Source: Puniceicoccales bacterium
GTDB taxonomy: Bacteria; Verrucomicrobiota; Verrucomicrobiia; Opitutales; JAIRLG01
NCBI GenBank assembly: GCA_031288595.1
Contig: JAITRB010000014.1
Span: 1 to 9,870 of the forward strand
Direction: 5' to 3'
DNA: 9,870 nt
A program made the position numbers and the translations under genes. Positions within the stretch are counted from its first letter, which is position 1. Each line of letters starts with the position of its first letter. Under the pieces are notes generated by a model. The model was not told the origin of the DNA. It saw only the letters and a list, made by a program, of their open reading frames with translations, and did no database searches. Positions 1 through 5,645 of the stretch are shown here, one piece after another.

Positions 1-3
1 AAG

Positions 4-630
4 ATGAGATATCCTCTTGTTAATGGAGGTTTGACGAGGTATTCGCGAAAGAATGGCGGGGTTGTGCTTAATGATAAGGTGGGGAGTGACTGGAATGAGC
101 GCAACGGACCCGTGTGCCAAATTCTCCCTGTTAAGGATAAAGAATTGGTGGTTTATTGGGATAAGAAGAAGTTTTGTGAGAAGAGCCTGGATCCTTGGAG
201 GGATCCTTTTGAGGAGGGGTGGCAGTGGCGAGCTGAAGTGATGAAAGTGGATGGATGGCGAGACCGTATTGAGGCGAAGCGGCGCTTGTGTGAACGCGTC
301 ACGATTCAAGGCTGGGATGGCAAGTCTGAAAATGTGGGTTGTTCGGTGCTTCGATATTCTGGGAGGGGTTGCACCGATGTGTCTATTGCGATCTTTTTGT
401 GTGAGAAGTCGCTGGCGAAGTTCAATGAGGCCAATAGAGTGTGTGAGAGTGTGAGAGCTGCGCGAGCTTTGAGGGTTGGTCTAGCGGATAGTGAGGAAGC
501 TGAATTGAGAGCGGGATTAAAAGGGATGGGATCATGTTTGGGTCGCTTCTTGAATGGAACGGTCGAAGGTGTATTGGGTGATGGTTGGGATATCTTACGT
601 AGATATTGGAAGGGCGGCAGGAGGGCATGA
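4..630 (+). CDS. Hypothetical protein, orphan, rich in Trp/Gly/Cys/Arg/Glu. The frame is open back to base 1, so the gene may be 5'-partial with its true start upstream of the window.
   Basis: 208-codon ORF in a G/T/A-rich, C-poor stretch where stop trinucleotides are common. My hand scan of 1-627 found about 34 TGA/TAA/TAG: 0 in frame 1, about 10 in frame 2 and about 24 in frame 3 (pattern NNT|GAN, NNT|AAN). That is a strong codon-periodicity signal for frame 1. I recognise no family motif. Third codon positions avoid C, unlike every other gene in the window. Confidence 0.6.
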   Translation: MRYPLVNGGLTRYSRKNGGVVLNDKVGSDWNERNGPVCQILPVKDKELVVYWDKKKFCEKSLDPWRDPFEEGWQWRAEVMKVDGWRDRIEAKRRLCERVTIQGWDGKSENVGCSVLRYSGRGCTDVSIAIFLCEKSLAKFNEANRVCESVRAARALRVGLADSEEAELRAGLKGMGSCLGRFLNGTVEGVLGDGWDILRRYWKGGRRA

Positions 631-1130
631 GTGAGGAGGATTTGGGCGTGTGGGGGACTGTTTAATCTTGATTATGGAGATGAGGCTAGTGATGATCCTA
701 TAGAGGATGACTCGAATGCGCCTATGTCGGAAGAGGAAAAGAAGGAGGGAACTTGGAACTGATGCAGAGAGGCTGAACCTGAAAAGGAGTACGCAGGGTG
801 ATTTCGGTGAGACGCTGGTGCTCTTTCTTCAATGAATGAATGTTGTCTTTTTGATGGCTTGGAGGCATTCTTGGGTTCAGGCTATTGGATGGAAGTGCTT
901 CTTTTAAAATGCGTTGCCGATGGGAGGGGAGGGCCTGTGGTCTTGGAGATAGATGAGTGTTTTGAGGGTACAGGACCTTTGACGATGGCTTAGAGTGGGT
1001 GTCATTGGGGAGCATAGCAAAATAACATGAGGAGATGCAGAAGATTGCTGAGCTGGCGAGATCGGGCAGCGCTGAGTCTGAGGAGGATGGGGATGCGGGG
1101 TGACGTTTCTCCGGATGTTCTTGCAATATC

Positions 1131-1409
1131 TTGAAGAGAGGGCTAAGAGAGTGTGCTGATCCTGGAGCTTCTTTTGAGACGAGATCTCTTTCTCTTTGGG
1201 GAAGTGTTCTGGGATCTTCTGTTGCGAGAGGAAGGAGCTTGGTTTCTGAACAGCGGCGTGATTGCCAACGGAGGAAGATGCGGGACGCGTTTTCTCAGTC
1301 GAAGAGGGAAGGATTCGGAAGGAGAGGGCTGTCTCCTGATCCGGATTCTGTGTCCAGGGAAAATTTTCACCGGAAATCTGGGCCTGAGAGTCTGCCTGCG
1401 GGCGAGTGA
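1131..1409 (+). CDS. Possible small basic Arg/Ser-rich protein (92 codons, TTG start). Weakly supported.
   Basis: The six stop trinucleotides I found between 1147 and 1406 all fall in frame 2. That is the frame just before this ORF's frame, the same relationship seen for ORF 4-630. C is also avoided at third positions. The stop at 1407-1409 lies 12 nt before the obg GTG and overlaps its Shine-Dalgarno. The sequence looks low-complexity and disordered, has no recognisable motif, and the exact antisense frame is also open. Confidence 0.25.
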   Translation: MKRGLRECADPGASFETRSLSLWGSVLGSSVARGRSLVSEQRRDCQRRKMRDAFSQSKREGFGRRGLSPDPDSVSRENFHRKSGPESLPAGE

Positions 1410-1412
1410 GGA
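1408..1412 (+). promoter_or_regulatory. Shine-Dalgarno (GAGGA) for obg
   Basis: GAGGA sits 9 nt upstream of the GTG at 1422, which opens the conserved Obg N-terminus (M)FIDEARV. Confidence 0.5.
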
Positions 1413-1421
1413 TGATTTCAC

Positions 1422-2408
1422 GTGTTCATCGATGAAGCCAGGGTGTGTCTGCGAGCCGGTCGTGGCGGCGATGGCTGCCTGAGCTTCCGGCGGGAGAAAT
1501 TCATCCCCAAGGGAGGCCCCGACGGGGGCGACGGTGGGGATGGCGGCAGCATCGTCCTCCTCTGCGATCGGAATGTGGATGAGCTCTCGGCCTATCACTT
1601 TCAACCTCAGGCCGAAGCCGCTTCCGGTGGCCCAGGTCAGGGCAATCGAAGGCATGGGGCGAGGGGGGAATCCTGCCGCCTTCGGGTGCCGATAGGCACT
1701 CTGGTCTACAGCCGACTGAACCATGAACTGGTGGCGGAGCTGACGCAGCCCGGCCAGGAACTCATTCTCCTGCGAGGCGGAAAGGGCGGTTGGGGGAATG
1801 TGCATTTCAAATCCGCCACGCACCAAACGCCCCGGGAGACGACATCCGGCGCCTGGGGGGAAGAGGGGGAATTTCTCTTCGTCCTCAAGACCATGGCCGA
1901 CGTCGGCCTGCTGGGCTTCCCCAATGCTGGTAAATCCAGCCTGCTGTCCCGCCTGACGGCTGCCCAGGCCAAATCGGCCCCCTATCCCTTCACCACCCTC
2001 CAGCCCCAGGTGGGCGTGCTGGAGAGCCCCAAGAGTCGGCGCCGCCTCACGCTGGCCGATATCCCGGGCATCGTGGCCGGAGCCCACGAGAATCGTGGCC
2101 TGGGCCTGCGTTTCCTGCGCCACATCGAGCGCTGTTCCCTCCTGCTCTTCGTCCTGGACATGGCCAGCAGCGACGGGCGTAAGCCCTGGGATGACTATTC
2201 CCAGCTCCTGGAAGAACTGGGCCACTACGACCCGCAGCTGCTCCGAAAAAAACGCTTCGTCCTCGCCAACAAGATGGACCGGCCCGAAGCTCAGCAAAAT
2301 CTTCGGTCTTTTCAGGAGAAAATGGCCCTAAGTCCTTTAGCCATTTCCTGCCATACAGGGGAGGGACTGGAACTTTTGCAGAGACATCTCTTGGATGCCA
2401 TTCCCTAG
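1422..2408 (+). CDS. obg: GTPase Obg/CgtA (short form, 328 aa, no extended C-terminal domain)
   Basis: N-terminal Obg fold signature MFIDEA...GGxGGxGG (GGDGGDGGS), Gly-rich repeats, G1 GFPNAGKSSLL, G3 DIPGI, G4 NKMD. GTG start with an SD upstream; TAG stop at 2406-2408. Confidence 0.95.
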   Translation: MFIDEARVCLRAGRGGDGCLSFRREKFIPKGGPDGGDGGDGGSIVLLCDRNVDELSAYHFQPQAEAASGGPGQGNRRHGARGESCRLRVPIGTLVYSRLNHELVAELTQPGQELILLRGGKGGWGNVHFKSATHQTPRETTSGAWGEEGEFLFVLKTMADVGLLGFPNAGKSSLLSRLTAAQAKSAPYPFTTLQPQVGVLESPKSRRRLTLADIPGIVAGAHENRGLGLRFLRHIERCSLLLFVLDMASSDGRKPWDDYSQLLEELGHYDPQLLRKKRFVLANKMDRPEAQQNLRSFQEKMALSPLAISCHTGEGLELLQRHLLDAIP

Positions 2409-2460
2409 GCATTTTATGGTGGGGATAGTGGTGGAAGTCTTGTGGCCATGGATAAGCTGG

Positions 2461-2559
2461 GAGCGCCTTCAAGCCCAGAGGGCTTGCCCGCTGCGCGGGC
2501 TAGCGGCTGAGGAAAACACCAAGCGTGAGCTTTTGTTTTCCTCAGCCGCGAAGGCGCTC
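2461..2559 (+). ncRNA. Candidate structured RNA or DNA element: a 99-nt four-way junction built from perfect helices. Function unknown; could be an obg 3' structure/terminator, an sRNA or a REP-like element.
   Basis: Closing helix 2461-2470/2550-2559 (10 bp). Hairpin 2471-2476/2480-2485 (6 bp, AGA loop). Hairpin 2486-2491/2495-2500 (6 bp, UGC loop). Long hairpin 2503-2518/2534-2549 (16 bp), extended by 2521-2524/2529-2532 (4 bp) and capped by GUGA. All pairs are Watson-Crick. The GNRA loop exists only on the + strand, which is the basis for the strand call. Confidence 0.4.
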
Positions 2560-2579
2560 AGCTGAGATGAAGCTCGGGA

Positions 2580-2608
2580 TTGATTTCCTCTAGAGCGCCA
2601 TAAATATT
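2580..2608 (+). promoter_or_regulatory. Weak candidate sigma-70-type promoter for valS-proS (TTGATT-N17-AATATT)
   Basis: TTGATT at 2580-2585 and AATATT at 2603-2608 with 17-nt spacing, about 95 nt upstream of the valS ATG. Hexamer match only; the promoter consensus for this organism is unknown. Confidence 0.2.
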
Positions 2609-2703
2609 CGCCTGTTTCCTCGATCGATTCCAGATCCTGGCGATATTTTCATCGCTCAACATTCTGGACAGGGGGGCGAATTTCTTTCTCCTGAAAAGCA
2701 TTG

Positions 2704-5637
2704 ATGGAAGGTTCGGCTAAAGATTCGGCCTCGGAGCCCTTGGCGAAGACCTACGATCCTCGGGCGCTTGAGGAAAAATGGTACCGGCACTACCTAGAAA
2801 GAGAGTCCTTCGAGCCCGATGGGGACAGGGCGAAGGAGCCGTTTACGCTGATGATGCCCCCCCCCAACGTGACCGGAGTCCTGCACATGGGCCACCTGTT
2901 AAACAATACGATTCAGGACATCCTCGTCCGGCGCGCGCGGCAGGAGGGACAGCGGGTGCTCTGGATACCTGGAACCGACCATGCCGGCATTGCCACCCAG
3001 ACGAAAGTGGAAAAAATTCTCACCGCCGAAGGCAGTTCCCGCCAGAGCATCGGCCGCGATGCCTTCGTCCAGAGGGCCAGCGAGTGGCGTGACCAACATC
3101 GGGACATCATCCTGAACCAGCTCCGAAAATTGGGGGTATCGCCCTCCTGGGGACATAAGAAACACACTTTGGATGCGGACTACAGCCGTAGCGTACTCCA
3201 TGGTTTCGTCGAGCTCTATCGGCGGGGCTACATCTACCGCGGCCGGCGCATGGTCCACTGGTGTCCGGTGAGCCAGACCGCACTCAGCGACGAGGAGGTC
3301 CTCATGAAGCCGCAGTCCGGTTTTTTCTACTACGTGCGCTACCGAGACCTCGGTTCGGGAGAATTGCTCACCGTCGCCACGACGCGACCGGAAACGATCA
3401 TGGGCGATGTGGCCCTCGCCGTCCATCCCGGTGACGAGCGTTATCGATCCTGGATCGGGAGAAAAGTCCTTTCGCCGCTGGCGGGGTGCCTTCCTCATGA
3501 TGAGCCCGAGCGACTTTTCCCTCCTGAGATAGATCCTGCGTCAGGCAGGGAGGAGACAGGAGAGATAAGGGATAGAAGTAGCTATGCGGCGAAGTGGGTT
3601 CTGCCCGTCATCGCCGACGAGGCGGTCGATCCCAAGTTCGGCACAGGGGTTCTCAAAATCACACCGGCCCACGACGCCACCGACTTCGAAATCGTCCAGA
3701 GATACAATGGCCGGAACGAGGGCGAAAAATTGCCCTTTCGGGATATTTTCAATCCGGATGCTACGCTGAACGCCAATGCAGGAAAGGAATTCGAAGGTCT
3801 CGACCGCTTCACGGCGCGTGAAAAGCTCGTCCAAATCCTGGAACAAGGGGGGAGCTTGGAGAAAAAGATTCCCCATGAGCATCATGTGGGCTTTTCCGAA
3901 CGAGCCGATGTCCCCATCGAACCGCGACTATCCGAGCAATGGTTCCTGCGCTTTCCCCAGGGAACGGTGGAGGCGGCCAAAAAAGTCGTCCGGGATGACC
4001 TGATTCGCTTCCGTCCGGCGCACTGGAAGAAGACCTACCTGCATTGGCTGGAACATATCCAGGACTGGTGTATCAGCCGCCAGCTCTGGTGGGGACATCG
4101 CATCCCGGTCTGGTATCCCAAGGGAGCTGATCGGAACGATTTGGCCAAAATGCACGTATCCGTCGATGGCCCACCAGATCCCGAGAACTGGGAACAGGAC
4201 GAAGATGTTCTCGATACCTGGTTTTCCTCAGCCTTTTGGTGCCTGGGAACTCTGGGCTGGCCCGATAAAGAGTTCGATGTCTACCGCGATTTCTACCCAA
4301 CGAATGAGCTCGTTACGGGGCCGGACATCATCTTCTTCTGGGTCGCCCGCATGATCCTCATGGGCCTCGAATTCAGGCCTAAAACGGAAAGAGGAGGAGG
4401 GCAGGATGGATCCAAGCTTCCGGCCGAAGAAGCAGGAGAGAGGGACATTCTTCAGAAAAATATCCCCTTCAGGAACGTCTATTTCACCGGCATCATCCGC
4501 GATGCTCAGGGAAGGAAGATGTCTAAGAGTCTCGGAAATTCACCGGAACCGTTGGAGTTGATCGAAAAATATGGCGCCGATGGCCTGCGCCTCGGCCTGA
4601 TCTCCATCGCCCCCCAGGGCCAGGACATTCTCTTCAACGAAGACCAGATCGCCCAGGGGAAATTTTTCTGCAACAAACTCTGGAATGCCTTCCGCCTGCG
4701 CCAGATGCATCGGAACGGGAATGAAAATACTCTTTCTCTGGAGGAAATTATCCGGCGTATCGACGTCGGACGGATGGGAGCGGCGGAACATTTTATCCTC
4801 GCGCAATTCCTATCGCTCAATCGAGTGACCGAAGTGAAGGTGAAGGGCCATGACTTCCAGCGCGCGCTGTGGGAGTGGATATCTTTCTTTCGCCATTCCT
4901 ACTGTGATCAGTACCTTGAGCTTTTCAAGGCCTCGGAGCCGGATGAAAACTGCCGCGCGAGCGCGTTGGCCGTGCAGGACTTCATCCTACGACAGCTCCT
5001 TCTCTGGTTTCATGCCTTCATTCCCTTCGTCACCGAGGAAATCTGGGGTCTGAGCCATTATGGACCGGATGGGGTTTGCCTCATGAACACCCCTCTGCCG
5101 ACCGCAGAGGAACTTGATCGGCGACTTTTGGAGCAGCACGGAGAGTTCCTGGACCTGAAAAGGATCGATGAGGTGCATTCCTATTTCCGCTACCTCGAAA
5201 CCCTGCGCGTCCTCAAGACGAGCTGTGGCCAGGAATCGATGAGAAATGTCTGTATTTATTACAGAACCGATGAGGAAACGGCCGCTGCCATCATCGAGAA
5301 ATTCCGAAGCGCTTTGATGAAAATGGCGGGGCTACAGGATTGTCAACGAGTGTCCCATGACGCGTATTTATCCTATTCACCCTCTAGGACGACCGGAGAG
5401 GTCAGTTTTTTCCTAAATGTGGCTGCCCGTGATGTCGAGGCTGAGCGCCAGCGTATCATCGATGAACTCGCCCAAGCGGGAAAGCTCGCCCAGCTCAATC
5501 TCCAGAAACTCCAGAGCTCGGATTTCAGAACGCGGGCACCTCAACACATCGTCGCGGGGGCCATAGAATCTTTGGAACTGCAGCTTTGCAAGGGGATGGA
5601 ACTCTGTAAGCTCCTTCGAGCTCATCCTCAGCAATAG
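2704..5637 (+). CDS. valS: Valine--tRNA ligase (ValRS, class I)
   Basis: PPPNVTGVLHMGH (HIGH), KMSKS at FTGIIRDAQGRKMSKSLGNS, TTRPETIMGD, KITPAHD, QDWCISRQLWWGHRIP, DVLDTWFSS, and a C-terminal coiled-coil. ATG at 2704; an in-frame TTG at 2701 is the alternative start. TAG stop at 5635-5637. Confidence 0.97.
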   Translation: MEGSAKDSASEPLAKTYDPRALEEKWYRHYLERESFEPDGDRAKEPFTLMMPPPNVTGVLHMGHLLNNTIQDILVRRARQEGQRVLWIPGTDHAGIATQTKVEKILTAEGSSRQSIGRDAFVQRASEWRDQHRDIILNQLRKLGVSPSWGHKKHTLDADYSRSVLHGFVELYRRGYIYRGRRMVHWCPVSQTALSDEEVLMKPQSGFFYYVRYRDLGSGELLTVATTRPETIMGDVALAVHPGDERYRSWIGRKVLSPLAGCLPHDEPERLFPPEIDPASGREETGEIRDRSSYAAKWVLPVIADEAVDPKFGTGVLKITPAHDATDFEIVQRYNGRNEGEKLPFRDIFNPDATLNANAGKEFEGLDRFTAREKLVQILEQGGSLEKKIPHEHHVGFSERADVPIEPRLSEQWFLRFPQGTVEAAKKVVRDDLIRFRPAHWKKTYLHWLEHIQDWCISRQLWWGHRIPVWYPKGADRNDLAKMHVSVDGPPDPENWEQDEDVLDTWFSSAFWCLGTLGWPDKEFDVYRDFYPTNELVTGPDIIFFWVARMILMGLEFRPKTERGGGQDGSKLPAEEAGERDILQKNIPFRNVYFTGIIRDAQGRKMSKSLGNSPEPLELIEKYGADGLRLGLISIAPQGQDILFNEDQIAQGKFFCNKLWNAFRLRQMHRNGNENTLSLEEIIRRIDVGRMGAAEHFILAQFLSLNRVTEVKVKGHDFQRALWEWISFFRHSYCDQYLELFKASEPDENCRASALAVQDFILRQLLLWFHAFIPFVTEEIWGLSHYGPDGVCLMNTPLPTAEELDRRLLEQHGEFLDLKRIDEVHSYFRYLETLRVLKTSCGQESMRNVCIYYRTDEETAAAIIEKFRSALMKMAGLQDCQRVSHDAYLSYSPSRTTGEVSFFLNVAARDVEAERQRIIDELAQAGKLAQLNLQKLQSSDFRTRAPQHIVAGAIESLELQLCKGMELCKLLRAHPQQ

Positions 5638-5645
5638 CCTTCATC

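Noticed and set aside
189-206. Two BamHI sites forming the near-palindrome GGATCCTTGGAGGGATCC within ORF 4-630.
   Set aside because: It is a short 6-nt direct repeat with a 6-nt spacer inside a coding frame (LDPWRDP). There is no further symmetry or flanking repeat to suggest a binding site or mobile-element end.
628-680. Selenocysteine decoding of the in-frame TGA at 628-630.
   Set aside because: A bacterial SECIS needs a stem-loop directly downstream of the UGA. The following ~50 nt are almost devoid of C and cannot form a stable Watson-Crick hairpin.
922-940. G-quadruplex candidate GGGAGGGGAGGG...GG. Similar G-runs occur at 1089-1100.
   Set aside because: There are only three G3+ tracts, with a weak fourth GG. 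In a region with roughly 35-40% G, such runs are expected by composition.
722-1126. 134-aa - strand ORF (also 422-628, 68 aa) encoding Pro/Ser/His/Leu-rich sequence.
   Set aside because: The - strand here is about 13% G, so TAG and TGA are strongly depleted and ORFs of this length are expected by chance. The product is low-complexity. Over 422-628 it is antisense to the + ORF that carries the strong frame-specific stop pattern. A decayed Pro-rich gene cannot be fully excluded.
1143-2297. 384-aa ORF on the - strand, the longest in that region.
   Set aside because: It is antisense and in phase with obg, whose motifs are unambiguous. Its translation is low-complexity (Arg/Pro/Gly/Ala-rich) with no motif. 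Its extension past 1421 lies on the G-poor strand, where stops are intrinsically rare. This is a classic shadow ORF.
2409-2700. Possible T-box leader controlling valS, as in Firmicutes.
   Set aside because: I found no recognisable T-box sequence (AGGGUGGNACCGCG-like), no specifier-loop or K-turn architecture, and no terminator with a U-tract before valS. The GGUGG strings at 2418-2436 do not sit in the right context.
2899-3498. 199-aa - strand ORF. Similar long antisense or alternate-frame ORFs occur at 6390-7025 (-), 5661-6071 (-), 7558-8079 (+), 8896-9321 (+) and 9452-9763 (+).
   Set aside because: All lie entirely inside, or antisense to, genes with clear family motifs (valS, proS, the HtrA-like gene, the sigma factor, gpsA). 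They have no motifs of their own. These are typical GC-rich shadow ORFs.
4369-4419. Polylinker-like cluster of 6-cutter sites inside valS: EcoRI GAATTC (4369-4374), StuI AGGCCT (4375-4380), and BamHI GGATCC directly abutting HindIII AAGCTT (4408-4419). This raises the question of a cloning artefact.
   Set aside because: The segment is in frame within a variable loop of an otherwise intact ValRS. It matches no vector polylinker I know. A rough estimate (about 1 palindromic hexamer per 64 positions) makes one such cluster per 10 kb unsurprising. It is worth a VecScreen check but is most likely coincidence.
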